The notes under the pieces: model-generated | The model's input: only the letters and a program-made list of their open reading frames with translations | What the model was told of the DNA's origin: nothing | Database searches by the model: none | Translations under genes and position numbers: made by a program | Part shown: one piece after another, positions 18,294 to 29,454 of the stretch | Numbering within the stretch: the stretch's first letter is position 1 | Layout: each line of letters starts with the position of its first letter | Origin: Promethearchaeota archaeon | Lineage (GTDB): Archaea > Asgardarchaeota > Lokiarchaeia > Sigyniarchaeales > SOKP01 | NCBI GenBank assembly: GCA_048939015.1 | Contig: JBHLPW010000017.1 | Location: 15,584-79,583, forward strand | Length of the DNA: 64,000 nt | Reading direction: 5' to 3'

Positions 18294-21200
18294 ATGATAG
18301 ACTTTAACATTAAAAAAAAGAAACGGATTCTAATTCTTTTCATTATTACAGTTACAATGAGTTTCTTTAATGTGGGCATTTTTATAGGGAATTTTAGTAA
18401 TCAATCAGCGGATTCAAATATTCCTGATGAATTCGAAGTCTTTAATGAGTTAAAGACTTCAGATTACTCTTCTAGCCATAGTAATACTGGTGAGAATATG
18501 AATATAGCTTTACACCAATCCTATCTGAATTATTCATTTGATATTGCATTAAATGCTTCAGATCCGAATAATAGTACTTTTAATATTCCATGTCCAACAT
18601 ATCTTACATTTAATTCAAGTTATTCTCGATTTGATGTTATGAACATTGAAGCACCAAACAGAACAGTTATTGTTGAAGATCAATGCTACGACGACACCAA
18701 TGATAATTATTTATTAACAGATGCTATTGATACATATGCATCCTTTAACATAATAGGACGTGGATATTTACGGAGTTTAAGCATTAATATCTCTGTATCT
18801 GCTGGAGCACTAATTTATATTGAACTGTATAATTCCACATGGAATAGTGGTAGTGGTAGATCTGCTGTTGATACCTCCTCTAAAATTGATCTAATTGGAC
18901 CTCAATTTGTTGGAGCTCAGAGTGCAGGTTGGTATTTATTTGATTTTACGGATGTATTATTAGATCCTACAGAAACAGATAATAATACTTATTTCATTAA
19001 TGTATATGATACTTCTGACGATACTCTTTGGTATTATGAAGATGAAAGCGATGGATCTAATGATTCTTACACTTACTATTCTACATATCGGACTACAGAC
19101 CTTAATTTGAAATGTGACTTTGCACCGATAAATAATACTCCAAAACCTAGTGAGATTGGACTTAAAATAAATGGGAGTATTGTAACCGATGTTGACAGTA
19201 TGAATCAAGGCTATTGGGAATCATTTGCAGAGAATAGTAGTGAAAATGGTTACTTAAAATATCTGATCTCAGCAGAATGGTGGGACGTAACGTGTATTAT
19301 TTCTCAAGTTCTAATTAATTTTACAAAAACCGATTTAAAAGCGAGTTCTGAATTTAATATTGCGGGAAGTGGACAAGATGTTGAATGGAATGTTACTCGG
19401 AATGGAGGATTAAATTATTTTGATACAGATTTTAGAAATTATAGAATCAATTTTACAATACCAGCTACTTGGCTTGATAGCAGTATAAAAGTTTTTAATG
19501 GCACGGATGAATGGACTATTAAAAAAAGGTTACTAAGCAATGGATATAGAGATGTTGAAGTACTAAACGCTAGAAATGGAACATATTGGTTTTTAAATGC
19601 AACATCAGATAATTTATTATTGTCTATTGACACATATTCAGGTACTACTCCTACAACTTTTTACAATTTTTCCCAAATTGTACATTTCAATTCAACATTC
19701 TTAGAGAACATAAATGATAATGATGGTATAATTAATCTAAGTGTATATTCTCCACTTCTTATAAATAATGAATTAAATTATTCAATTGAAACAGGATCAT
19801 TTACTGGGGGTTTGGAAATATCTCTTACAGATTGGGATATTTCAGATAATGTAACCCAGTTTGGTGATTTTCGTGTTCAAGTATCTTGGAGTAATAGTAC
19901 AGCTGCCGGTTTTAGAGAAACCACAATTAGAATTTTCGGAGAGACAAGCCTGACACCCACCTTACCTTCATCTCCATTTGACTCTAGTGATACTTTTGAT
20001 ATAGAAGTATTTTTTAGAGACTCAGGTCTTATCCAAGGAATTGAAAGTGCAACTATAACATATCAAATAGAAAGTGGTCCGATTAGAACTGTATTGGATG
20101 GTACTATTACAGAAGTGGGAAATGGATATTATAATATTACAATTGATTGTAATCATACTGATTTCAATGGTTATGGACCCAAATCTATTACAATAAATGC
20201 TAGTAAGATTAATTATAATAATCAGAGTATACAAGTGGACATTACAATTTATGGAGAAACTGATTTAGTTTCCTTGATTCCCAGGTATTCATTTGATTCA
20301 ACAGAAAGTTTTGATGTCGCTTTGTTTTTCAATGATACTGTTAAAGACGTCGGTATTGACGGAGCAACAATAGAAGCATATATTAATCAAACTCTATATA
20401 ATGATGCAGTAATAACTCCCTTAGGCGGTGGAAATTATAATATTACTATAGATTGTGATGATGATATTTTTAGTACTCAAGGTTATGGAGATTTTAATTT
20501 AAGTTTAAACATAGAGAATTCATATTACTATAATAAAACAACACAAGATTTCATTATAGATATTACAGGAGCAACAGACTTATCAACAACTCAGTTCCCC
20601 GATCCTAGTATAGGTTATTACAATTCTGATGAAATGTTTAATATAACAGCATATTATAGAGATATTGGGAGGAATGAGGGAATTAATGGAGGTTTAGCAA
20701 AAATTTATATAAAAGAAGTCTCAGCAAGCACTTTTCAAGAATATACTCCAGTAGTACTTGATCCATATGATCCGGGATATTATAATTTCACTATAGATTG
20801 TAGCGATCCTATATTTTATCCTTATGGTAAATATGATATCAAGATTAACATTAGTAAGTCTAATTATTACACCGCGGAGGATATCTCGCTTGAAATCGTT
20901 ATAGGGAATACAACCCTTACTATTCTTGAACCAACTGGATTAATCTCTCATGTAGAAGATGAAATATTTGATATAAGAATAGAATATGAAGATCATACTC
21001 TATCTAGTAGAATAACTGGCGCAGATATTACTTATAGTATTGAAGGTAATACTTTTAGATCAGATAACATATCTCCTAATGTAGATGATACTTATAATAT
21101 TACTATTGATGCGGGAGATGCTGAATTTGGACTTAATTATGGCTATGTTGATATCGTTATTAGAGCAAATAAAACAAATTACATTAATTTAACAAGAACT

Positions 21201-24200
21201 TTTACGTTTGAACGCCAGATTACAACTCAAATTACACCATATAATAATCCTCCTTTGTTTGAAGTAAAAGGGGGTTTGAACGTAACTTATACATTTAACT
21301 ATTCTGATACTTCGGGAAACCCTATAGTAAAATATGATAATTTTGAATTATTACCACCATCTTATGGATTTATTTATCATATTCGGAATGATGGTGATAG
21401 TAATTATACACTCAATATTGACACTTCAGGTGTTACAGTTAAAGTTGATCCTTATACAATTAATTTTACTATTTCAGTTTTTGGAAATCAATCCCAACAA
21501 ATCTCTTTAACTGTACTATTGACCATAATTCAAACGAGAGTTGAAATTCAATCATGGAATGATAATGCCGAATTTAATCGAATTACTTGGACTAATGTTT
21601 CAATAAATTTTTACTATAATGACACAACAAACATTAAACCAATTGCTACATTATCTGATAGTGATGTTATAGTGAAGGATTATTATGCAGGTACTACTTG
21701 GGGTCCTGGATTTGATCTCTACAATCTAGGAGGTGGAGATTATAAAATGAATATTAGCATAGTGGGAAAGAATTCTGGATGGTATACATTACAAATAAAT
21801 GTCTCAAAATATCCAGATTACAATTGGAGTTTAGCTTACGTTCAATTCTACTTAAGAGGAAATTACACTCAAATAAATATGGTTTCAGTTGAAGATCCCG
21901 AAGAATTATTAATTCCAACTGGTATTGGAAATAATTATACTACCTTTTTGGGCAGTGATTTAACTGTTGATTTTACTATAAATGATACAGAATGGAATGA
22001 TAAAGTAGTTGTTGATTTCGCAGATAATTATTTTGTAACCTTCAAAAATCTTAAAACAGGAATAACTGGAACAATATCAGAGAGCTTAGTTTTTAATCTT
22101 ATTAACCCATTTTATGGGGAACATACAGGGACTATTGAAACTTCAGTATTCACTGATACAGGATTTTATTTAATTAATATAACCGTTGTTATGTTAAATT
22201 ATGAAAACACTACGTTCAGTTTTAATTTAACTCTAGTAAATTCACAAATTAATATTATATCTATATCTAACATAGGAGGTCAATTAGAACCATCTGGGGT
22301 CGGAAACTATTATAATTCTTCTATAGCTCTTGATATCAATTTAGAATTTAATATAACAGATGATAAGGGCTTGAATAAAATAATCGCGAGAACTGCTGAT
22401 TCCTATTTAGTAAGATTTATAAATTTGGGAACATTACAGAGCGGAACTATTTCAGAAAATTTCGCTTTCAATTCGCCAAATTCATATAATGGAACCATAA
22501 TTACTTCAGGCTTATCTGTTGGAAATTATTTGATAAATATATCAGCTGTAATTCTGGACTACAAAATAATACCATTATTATTTAATTTGACAATAGTTTC
22601 CGCAGAAAGTACTCTTATATCTATGACGAATGTAGGAGGGCAATTATTGCCTATTGGTATTGAAGAATTTTTTGAACCTACTATAGCTACTGATATTGAC
22701 ATTGAATTTAACACAACTGACGCTCATTTTGGAAATATCATACAAATTGGTTCAGGGTTATCTTATACTATCTATTACCTCAATATCGACACCAGTGCCA
22801 GTGGCACAATAGTTCACTCTCTTTCTGAAGGACTCGCAAATCATTCTGGAAGTTTGGACATCTCATCACTAGCAATTGGAAATTACTCGATTACAATTTT
22901 TATCAATAAATCATCTAATTTAGTTTCTATCCTTAATTTTAAATTAAGAATAATCTATGCTAATAGTAGTCTTATTTCTATTACTAATCCAGGAGGTACA
23001 TTATCACCAGAGGATAATTTTTATGAAACATTCGAAGGAAGTAATATTGGTATTGAATTTAATACTACAGATGCTAATTTTGGAAATCTTATTCAGATAG
23101 CACCGGGTGTATCTTACATTATTTATTATACTAATATTGATACGTTAGGAAGTGGAACCTTACAACATGCAATCTCTGAAATAGCTCTTACACATTCTGG
23201 TATTTTGAATATTTCACAGTTGGCCATTGGTAATTACTCATTTTCTATTCAAGTGTTAAAAAGTGGAAATAATATTACTAGTGTGGACTTCCAATTACGA
23301 ATAATTGAAAAATATGAAACAAGAATTACAATTAATAATCCTGAGGAGGTTGATGCTGGTCTTCGATTTACAATCATAATAAAGGCGGAATATTTTAATG
23401 GTTCTACATGGTTACCAGCTGTTGGATCAAATATAACTCTAATTCTATATTATAATAGCGAAAATGGTGTCTCTGATAATCATATAACTAATACTACTGG
23501 AGAAATAGCTGTTTTAATATCTACCTATAGTGATACTAGAACATTGAATATAACCATTGAATTAATTAGTGCTTATTATCATCAAGGATATATCACTGAA
23601 GTTTCTGATATTGAAATTATTCCAATCTCTACAGGTTTTACTTTTGCAGATATTTTACCTTACTTAATTATTGCAGGGATTGCAGTGGCTGCTATAGGAG
23701 CATCTGTAGGAATATATCGAGGTGTCATTGTTCCAAAAAAGCGTGAAAAGGCACGTATTCTTACTGAGGTTAAAACTATATTCGATGATGCCATTAATTT
23801 AGAACATATTTTAGTACTCTATAAGGGAACAGGTACTTGTATTTATTTCAAGTCATTTGGTTCTGAGGAAATTGATCCTGAGTTAATTTCAGGTTTTATA
23901 TCTGCAATTAGTAGTTTTGGAAAGGATTTAGTAAGCCAAGAAGAGCTGAATGAAATTTCTTATGGTGATAAAATGCTTCTTCTTTCAGACGGAGAACATA
24001 TCAGAGTTGCCTTAGTTTTAGGTAAAAAGGCATCACTTATTCTACGTAGAAATTTAATGGAATTCATACATGTATTTGAGAAATCTTATGCTAATGAGCT
24101 CCCTAAATGGAGAGGTCAATTAAATATATTCAGAGATGCTGGAATTCTTATTGATGATGTATTAAATACATCAATTATTTTACCTCACGAAATTTCATCT

Positions 24201-25013
24201 GATACTTCAATTATTAAGACTCTCAAGAAACCTCAATCTAGAGAAGTATTAAAGATTGCTAATAACTTAACGAAAGATACAGAGAGGAATTTTTTCTTTA
24301 TTGCTACTTTGTTGAAAGAAGCTACAGAAAAGACAGGGAAAGAAACAGCAGAAATCTTTATGGGAATCAAAGAGTTAAGAGATGTGAAAGTGTTGATGCC
24401 GATTGAAATTGCTGCAATAGAAACTCCACCAATTTCTCAGCAAGAAATAAATCTTATTAATCAGAAGGTCTCAGGATTAGTTAATCTATCAACCGAAGAA
24501 AGACAAAAACTTGTAAATGATCTTTCTCAAATGGGACCTGCTGAAAGAGAAGCATATTTTGTAAGTTTAAGCGAGCAACATGAAATTGTTTCTGCACCCG
24601 TCGAAACCGTCGCAGAGGTCGCTGAAATTAAAAATATGAAAGGAGCTAAAAAGGAAATTAAAAGCTTAAAAAACAAAGCTTCAAAAGCAAGAAAAGAGAA
24701 AGATTATGATACTTCTATGAAAATTCTCCACAATGCGGTAAAAGTTGCAACAACATGGGAATTATCAAATGATGTTCTACTAATAGATGATCTAATACGT
24801 TTAACTAAAATCGAGGATCTTAGTATTAAACTAAAAAATCTTGAAAAAGAAGCAAAATCAGCTGCTAAAGATAAAAAGTATAACGAAGCTGCTCAGAAAT
24901 ATAAAGTCTCATCTAAGATAGCATCAGAGATTTTTAAGCTAGGTGTAACGGAAATGACAAAGGAAGTCAAGAGATTAACAAATAAAGCTAAAGAATTTGA
25001 AAAATTAATATGA
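18294..25013 (+). CDS. Giant single-pass surface protein: Ig-like repeat ectodomain, TM helix, cytoplasmic longin-like, wHTH-like and helical domains
   Basis: N-terminal signal/TM segment; repeated GxT.L...GI.GATI...G.YNITID modules; TM near aa 1787-1810 followed by KKREK; then LEHILVLYKGTGTCIY...DPELISGFISAISSF (longin-like). Confidence 0.82.
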   Translation: MIDFNIKKKKRILILFIITVTMSFFNVGIFIGNFSNQSADSNIPDEFEVFNELKTSDYSSSHSNTGENMNIALHQSYLNYSFDIALNASDPNNSTFNIPCPTYLTFNSSYSRFDVMNIEAPNRTVIVEDQCYDDTNDNYLLTDAIDTYASFNIIGRGYLRSLSINISVSAGALIYIELYNSTWNSGSGRSAVDTSSKIDLIGPQFVGAQSAGWYLFDFTDVLLDPTETDNNTYFINVYDTSDDTLWYYEDESDGSNDSYTYYSTYRTTDLNLKCDFAPINNTPKPSEIGLKINGSIVTDVDSMNQGYWESFAENSSENGYLKYLISAEWWDVTCIISQVLINFTKTDLKASSEFNIAGSGQDVEWNVTRNGGLNYFDTDFRNYRINFTIPATWLDSSIKVFNGTDEWTIKKRLLSNGYRDVEVLNARNGTYWFLNATSDNLLLSIDTYSGTTPTTFYNFSQIVHFNSTFLENINDNDGIINLSVYSPLLINNELNYSIETGSFTGGLEISLTDWDISDNVTQFGDFRVQVSWSNSTAAGFRETTIRIFGETSLTPTLPSSPFDSSDTFDIEVFFRDSGLIQGIESATITYQIESGPIRTVLDGTITEVGNGYYNITIDCNHTDFNGYGPKSITINASKINYNNQSIQVDITIYGETDLVSLIPRYSFDSTESFDVALFFNDTVKDVGIDGATIEAYINQTLYNDAVITPLGGGNYNITIDCDDDIFSTQGYGDFNLSLNIENSYYYNKTTQDFIIDITGATDLSTTQFPDPSIGYYNSDEMFNITAYYRDIGRNEGINGGLAKIYIKEVSASTFQEYTPVVLDPYDPGYYNFTIDCSDPIFYPYGKYDIKINISKSNYYTAEDISLEIVIGNTTLTILEPTGLISHVEDEIFDIRIEYEDHTLSSRITGADITYSIEGNTFRSDNISPNVDDTYNITIDAGDAEFGLNYGYVDIVIRANKTNYINLTRTFTFERQITTQITPYNNPPLFEVKGGLNVTYTFNYSDTSGNPIVKYDNFELLPPSYGFIYHIRNDGDSNYTLNIDTSGVTVKVDPYTINFTISVFGNQSQQISLTVLLTIIQTRVEIQSWNDNAEFNRITWTNVSINFYYNDTTNIKPIATLSDSDVIVKDYYAGTTWGPGFDLYNLGGGDYKMNISIVGKNSGWYTLQINVSKYPDYNWSLAYVQFYLRGNYTQINMVSVEDPEELLIPTGIGNNYTTFLGSDLTVDFTINDTEWNDKVVVDFADNYFVTFKNLKTGITGTISESLVFNLINPFYGEHTGTIETSVFTDTGFYLINITVVMLNYENTTFSFNLTLVNSQINIISISNIGGQLEPSGVGNYYNSSIALDINLEFNITDDKGLNKIIARTADSYLVRFINLGTLQSGTISENFAFNSPNSYNGTIITSGLSVGNYLINISAVILDYKIIPLLFNLTIVSAESTLISMTNVGGQLLPIGIEEFFEPTIATDIDIEFNTTDAHFGNIIQIGSGLSYTIYYLNIDTSASGTIVHSLSEGLANHSGSLDISSLAIGNYSITIFINKSSNLVSILNFKLRIIYANSSLISITNPGGTLSPEDNFYETFEGSNIGIEFNTTDANFGNLIQIAPGVSYIIYYTNIDTLGSGTLQHAISEIALTHSGILNISQLAIGNYSFSIQVLKSGNNITSVDFQLRIIEKYETRITINNPEEVDAGLRFTIIIKAEYFNGSTWLPAVGSNITLILYYNSENGVSDNHITNTTGEIAVLISTYSDTRTLNITIELISAYYHQGYITEVSDIEIIPISTGFTFADILPYLIIAGIAVAAIGASVGIYRGVIVPKKREKARILTEVKTIFDDAINLEHILVLYKGTGTCIYFKSFGSEEIDPELISGFISAISSFGKDLVSQEELNEISYGDKMLLLSDGEHIRVALVLGKKASLILRRNLMEFIHVFEKSYANELPKWRGQLNIFRDAGILIDDVLNTSIILPHEISSDTSIIKTLKKPQSREVLKIANNLTKDTERNFFFIATLLKEATEKTGKETAEIFMGIKELRDVKVLMPIEIAAIETPPISQQEINLINQKVSGLVNLSTEERQKLVNDLSQMGPAEREAYFVSLSEQHEIVSAPVETVAEVAEIKNMKGAKKEIKSLKNKASKARKEKDYDTSMKILHNAVKVATTWELSNDVLLIDDLIRLTKIEDLSIKLKNLEKEAKSAAKDKKYNEAAQKYKVSSKIASEIFKLGVTEMTKEVKRLTNKAKEFEKLI
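19938..23310 (+). repeat. Degenerate protein-level tandem repeats in the giant protein (about 105-aa GxYNITID type followed by about four 120-aa ISxxNxGGQLxP type)
   Basis: Recurring GNGYYNITIDC / GGGNYNITIDC / PGYYNFTIDC / DDTYNITIDA, and SISNIGGQLEP / SMTNVGGQLLP / SITNPGGTLSP. Boundaries approximate. Confidence 0.75.
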
Positions 25014-25177
25014 TTTTTTAATTTTTTTTTTTCTATTTTTATTTTATTAATATATTTTTAATTTGATAAGATTCAAACTGATTCCAATAATTTAGGATAG
25101 ATATTAAAAATAGAGATTACATTTATTACCATAATACAAATTAACAATATAAAGACAAATCCTTTTGTGTATTTTTT

Positions 25178-25525
25178 ATGATGTTTATGGGTTTCATCAA
25201 GAAAGGAAATAAAAAGGAAGAAAAGAAAGAAAAAGAGATTAAACAAGCACAAGGAATTAGTATCCCATCTCCCAAAGAAAGTAGTGATGAATCCCTTATA
25301 GTTTCAATAGATATTAAAGAAAAAATTGAGACTTTTATTTTTAAAATTTTATATGACCAAAAGTCAGTCAAATCTTTAAAGGAATTAACTGAAATGGCAT
25401 TAGAGAAAGCAGCTCAAGAAAGAATTACAATTTCTGAAAAACCCATAAATTTAATAATTAACCAAATGAATAAAGACGAGAAGATACAATTCACTCAAAA
25501 GGATGGATGGAAAATTAGGATTTAA
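25178..25525 (+). CDS. Small probable winged-helix protein
   Basis: C-terminal IFKILYDQKSVKSLKEL...INLIINQMNKDEKIQFTQKDGWKI fits a wHTH pattern; exact start uncertain. Confidence 0.6.
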   Translation: MMFMGFIKKGNKKEEKKEKEIKQAQGISIPSPKESSDESLIVSIDIKEKIETFIFKILYDQKSVKSLKELTEMALEKAAQERITISEKPINLIINQMNKDEKIQFTQKDGWKIRI

Positions 25526-25556
25526 TATGAATTAGAGATTTTTTTTATTACTTATA

Positions 25557-26858
25557 TTAATCTGAAATTCCATTTTCAGTTATAGAAAATACAGCTTCTC
25601 CTTCTGGTAAATGGGGAGCATCAACAATTTTGGCAATTCTCTGTTCTCCTTTACCTTTTCTTAAATAAATTCTAATTGTGGATCCATGAGCCACAACATT
25701 TCCTCCTGCAGCTTGTAAAGGATTTCCATAAAAAACATCAGGTTTAGCTTGAACTTGATTTGTTACAACTATTGCCAAATCTGGATATATATCGCATAAT
25801 CTTAATAAATCATGCAAATGGGAGTTAATTGTTTGTTGACGGGTTGCTAACGTGCCACGACCTATATATTCACTTCGAAAGTGTCCAATAAGTGAATCTA
25901 CTACGATCAATTTAACATCTTTTTCTTTAATTAAATTAGCAGCTTCTTTTATAAGAAGAACTTGATGATCACTATTATATGCGCGACCAAAAATTATGTT
26001 TTTTAGTACCTTCTTATGATCTAAATCTAGCCCTTCAGCCATTTGGATGATTCTTTCTGGTCTAAATGTACCCTCAGTATCAATATATAAAGCTTTTCCT
26101 TCAAGACCTCCATTTTCTTTGGGCAATTGAACATTAACACATAACTGATGCATTATTTGAGTTTTACCTGTCCTAAATTCGCCAAAAAATTCAATCAAAC
26201 TCCCAGTTTCGACACCTCCACCTAATGAATCATCTAATTCTTGACTGCCTGTTGTAATCCGTGCAATGTTTTTTCTATGTTCCCAAACATCCTCCGCAGA
26301 TTTAAACCCTATATTTAATTTTTCCATACTTGATTTTATTAATTTCTCAGTTGTTTTTTCTCCTAAACCACTTGCTTCTTGTATAATTTTTGGAGGTGTA
26401 AATGCAATTGATTCTAGAGTGGAAAATCCTGCTTTTATTAATTTGTTTAATGTAGCTTCACCTACACCAGGAAGTTTTTTTACTGCATTGATACATTCTT
26501 GCAAAGTCTCCTCATGATTCGAGTTCTCCTCATCTAAATCTTCCTCATCTAAATCTATCTCATCTAATTCTACTTCATCTAAATCATCTACTAATTGATC
26601 TTCTATTTTAGTATTATTCTCTCTATTCTCAATTTCATTGAAGGCTTCAATTAATTCTGCTTCTTCATCATATTCATCATTATTTAATTCTATTTTTTCA
26701 TCCAAATTATGTTCTCCATCTTTATTTTCAAATGAGGCAAAATTTAAATGTTCTTTGTAGATTTTTCCTTTTGTATGATTACGCTTACATTCTTTACAGT
26801 AATATGGTTCTCCTATTTTAAAACCATTACTTTTTTCAATTTCACTTGCTTTAGCCAT
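25557..26858 (-). CDS. radA: DNA repair and recombination protein RadA with N-terminal extension
   Basis: HhH LPGVG, FKSA polymerisation motif, Walker [42 protein letters not shown]. Confidence 0.95.
   Translation of the reverse strand: MAKASEIEKSNGFKIGEPYYCKECKRNHTKGKIYKEHLNFASFENKDGEHNLDEKIELNNDEYDEEAELIEAFNEIENRENNTKIEDQLVDDLDEVELDEIDLDEEDLDEENSNHEETLQECINAVKKLPGVGEATLNKLIKAGFSTLESIAFTPPKIIQEASGLGEKTTEKLIKSSMEKLNIGFKSAEDVWEHRKNIARITTGSQELDDSLGGGVETGSLIEFFGEFRTGKTQIMHQLCVNVQLPKENGGLEGKALYIDTEGTFRPERIIQMAEGLDLDHKKVLKNIIFGRAYNSDHQVLLIKEAANLIKEKDVKLIVVDSLIGHFRSEYIGRGTLATRQQTINSHLHDLLRLCDIYPDLAIVVTNQVQAKPDVFYGNPLQAAGGNVVAHGSTIRIYLRKGKGEQRIAKIVDAPHLPEGEAVFSITENGISD
26528..26590 (-). repeat. Imperfect 15-bp tandem repeat encoding four xx-LDE units in the RadA extension
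   Basis: Plus strand shows recurring TCATCTAA(A/T)TC; protein [21 protein letters not shown]. Confidence 0.7.
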
Positions 26859-27120
26859 AAATGTTCATCAAAATAAGTGCAATTTTTATAGATACTTTAT
26901 ATTATGCATAGTTAGATGCAACCTTATTTTAATAAAAATAGAGTTCTAATTTTCAAATTTTCTTTAGTCATTACAAAGTCAGAGAACGACAATATTCAAT
27001 AATTTCTAGTTAATATATGTTGGTTCTATCTCTTTAAAAATAATTGATAAAATAATATAAACACGAGTAGATTATATAATGATATTGTTAAAAACATCAA
27101 TTTAAACGAGTTGAAATCTT

Positions 27121-28356
27121 ATGAAACAAAATGTAAAACTCGAATGTTATCCAGAAATTAGTAATACATTAATAAATGAATCCATTGATTTAATTAAAAA
27201 AAATAAAGAAAATTGGGACCAACCTTTTTTCTTTGACACGAAAACTCATATAGATTTAATTAAGATTCAAAATACTACTAAACAATTTATTACTGATACT
27301 CTCAAAAATATCATTGTTTTAGGTACAGGAGGATCTATACAAACTTTACTTACTTTAAAACATTTAGCGAAAAGAAAAATATTTCCAGTTACTAGTTCTC
27401 GAGCTGTTGAATTAAAAGGATGCTTGGATAAAACAACGCCGGAAGATTCGATCGTAATTCCAATATCAAGAGGAGGAGAAACCTTAGATATTAATTCTAC
27501 TATTGGAACTTTTTTAAAGTTAGGATATAAATTACTGGGTCTCTCCTCAAGTGGGACAATGAATACGATTTTAAAACAAATTGATTGTCCTATATTGGAT
27601 GTACCTAATCTATCTGGACGATATGCGGGATCTGTTACGAATGTTGGAATTGTTCCAGCATATATGGCCGGTATTGATGTCAAAGAATTCATAAATGGAT
27701 TAGAAATAGGTTATGAAATATATGCAAAATGTGAAAATCACCCTTCTATTAAACTTGCAGCCTTTTTATACAACTTATATAAAAAAGGTTACAATGTCGT
27801 CTTCTCAATGCCATATTCAAAGAACTTGGAGGGGAGTGTTGGATTATGGGTTCAAGGAATATCAGAAAGTACAGGAAAAGATGAAAAAGGAATGATAGGT
27901 ACTTATCAATCTGCCCCAATTTGTCAACATTCTGTTTTAGAATACCTTTTGGGGGGAACTAAAGGAATTGTTATACCGATCTTATGGACAATCAATAAGG
28001 AAGAGCCTGATTTCTCCTTAACTTCCTCTATTCCATATGTGGAAGGCCAGAGTGCTCAAACTATAGTTAATTATCAAGCGAATGCGACTTTTCAAGCTTT
28101 AATTCAACAAAAAGTACCTTCAGCAAAAGTTTTAATTGATAATCCATCAGAAAGTAATATTGGACAGCTTATTGCATTTATTTTATCGTCTATATATTAC
28201 CTTTGTTTATTGATTGACGTAAATTGGGCAAACAATCCGAAAGTAATTATTGGTAAAAAAATATGCAACGACGCTCTTGATACAAAAATTACTCTTGAAC
28301 AAGGAGAAAAAAGAAGAAGGGAAATTGCACAAGAAAAATTCATAGATTTTTTCTAA
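27121..28356 (+). CDS. pgi: Divergent glucose-6-phosphate isomerase (PGI/SIS superfamily)
   Basis: GTGGS, SRGGET, SGRY, W.Q..SESTGK, QHS and NPKVIIGK correspond to PGI motifs in degenerate form. Confidence 0.75.
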   Translation: MKQNVKLECYPEISNTLINESIDLIKKNKENWDQPFFFDTKTHIDLIKIQNTTKQFITDTLKNIIVLGTGGSIQTLLTLKHLAKRKIFPVTSSRAVELKGCLDKTTPEDSIVIPISRGGETLDINSTIGTFLKLGYKLLGLSSSGTMNTILKQIDCPILDVPNLSGRYAGSVTNVGIVPAYMAGIDVKEFINGLEIGYEIYAKCENHPSIKLAAFLYNLYKKGYNVVFSMPYSKNLEGSVGLWVQGISESTGKDEKGMIGTYQSAPICQHSVLEYLLGGTKGIVIPILWTINKEEPDFSLTSSIPYVEGQSAQTIVNYQANATFQALIQQKVPSAKVLIDNPSESNIGQLIAFILSSIYYLCLLIDVNWANNPKVIIGKKICNDALDTKITLEQGEKRRREIAQEKFIDFF

Positions 28357-28386
28357 TCTAATTAATAATAGTTTGTTGCAGTCAAA

Positions 28387-29442
28387 TTAGAGTAGAAAAA
28401 TTATGATTAAATATGCTATTCCTACTAGAATGAATGATGTGTAAAATACTAATAAATGATTATTAAACTCAATTTTTCTTTTAATAAATCCAAGATTTAG
28501 TGTGAAAGTAAAAAAAACATAAGGCGTCAATATTCCATATAATAATAAGGGTTGGAAGTATCTAATAAATGGTTTACTAAAGAATAATAACACAGCCATA
28601 ACTAGAATAGAAAAGAAAGTTATCTCAATAAGCCCTGCTTTTTTGATTCTGAAGAATACATAAGACAAACATAAAATTCCAATAACTATTAATCTAATAT
28701 ACAACGGTAGTATATCTTCACCAAGTTCATTCCAAAGAATATAAACAAAAAAATAATCTTTTATAAAAAAAACAGGTGAAATTAGGAGAACAAAAACAAT
28801 TGAAATTGAGCAAATTAAAAATATTTTCATTTCTTCCCAATCCTTTTCTATTAAAAATTTAAGAAAGAAAAATCCAAGAAAGGGTAAAGTGTAAAATTTT
28901 TGGACAGCAGAGAGTGTAAGGAAAATGTAAAATAGATATTTGCTCCATTTTTCATCTCTTGGATAAAAATATAAGGCTACAAAGAAAAAAATAAAAAAAA
29001 ATGAATCTGTTATATGGTAACCACAATTCTCTAAACTAAATACATTATTTAAGAAGAAAAAAGGATTTACTAAGAACAATCCATAAATATACTTCAAATT
29101 GGAAATATTAAAGCTTTTTAATACAAAGTAAAACAGTAAGATAGTAACAATTTCTAAAATAAAAGCCCATAAGGCAAAAATTTCAACACTTCCAAATGAT
29201 ATAATTTTAAAGAAATCTAACAATACTAGAGTAAATGGAGGATAAACATAACCACCCATAAAATTAATACCAACATCTCCCCAACTTTTAAGTGGATCTA
29301 TTATATGAGTGTAATAATAAAAGGCAAGCATAAAAAGTCTAATTAGAATTCCACCAAGAATTAGAATTATTGCTTTATGATCTAAGATTTTTTCTATAAA
29401 ACTGGGATTCTCTGAATTGTTTTCATTTTTCATTTTATTCAA
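28387..29442 (-). CDS. Polytopic GT-C-fold glycosyltransferase (GT87/PIG-M-like)
   Basis: About 9-10 TM; D in the first loop (WGDV) followed by YVYPP; NPFF; QKFY; last gene of the sugar cluster. Confidence 0.6.
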   Translation of the reverse strand: MNKMKNENNSENPSFIEKILDHKAIILILGGILIRLFMLAFYYYTHIIDPLKSWGDVGINFMGGYVYPPFTLVLLDFFKIISFGSVEIFALWAFILEIVTILLFYFVLKSFNISNLKYIYGLFLVNPFFFLNNVFSLENCGYHITDSFFFIFFFVALYFYPRDEKWSKYLFYIFLTLSAVQKFYTLPFLGFFFLKFLIEKDWEEMKIFLICSISIVFVLLISPVFFIKDYFFVYILWNELGEDILPLYIRLIVIGILCLSYVFFRIKKAGLIEITFFSILVMAVLLFFSKPFIRYFQPLLLYGILTPYVFFTFTLNLGFIKRKIEFNNHLLVFYTSFILVGIAYLIIIFLL

Positions 29443-29454
29443 ATCTTTTATCTG

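Noticed and set aside
26905-26920. TGCAT-N6-ATGCA palindrome upstream of radA as a DNA-damage operator
   Set aside because: Only 5-bp arms; expected by chance and no second copy was noticed.
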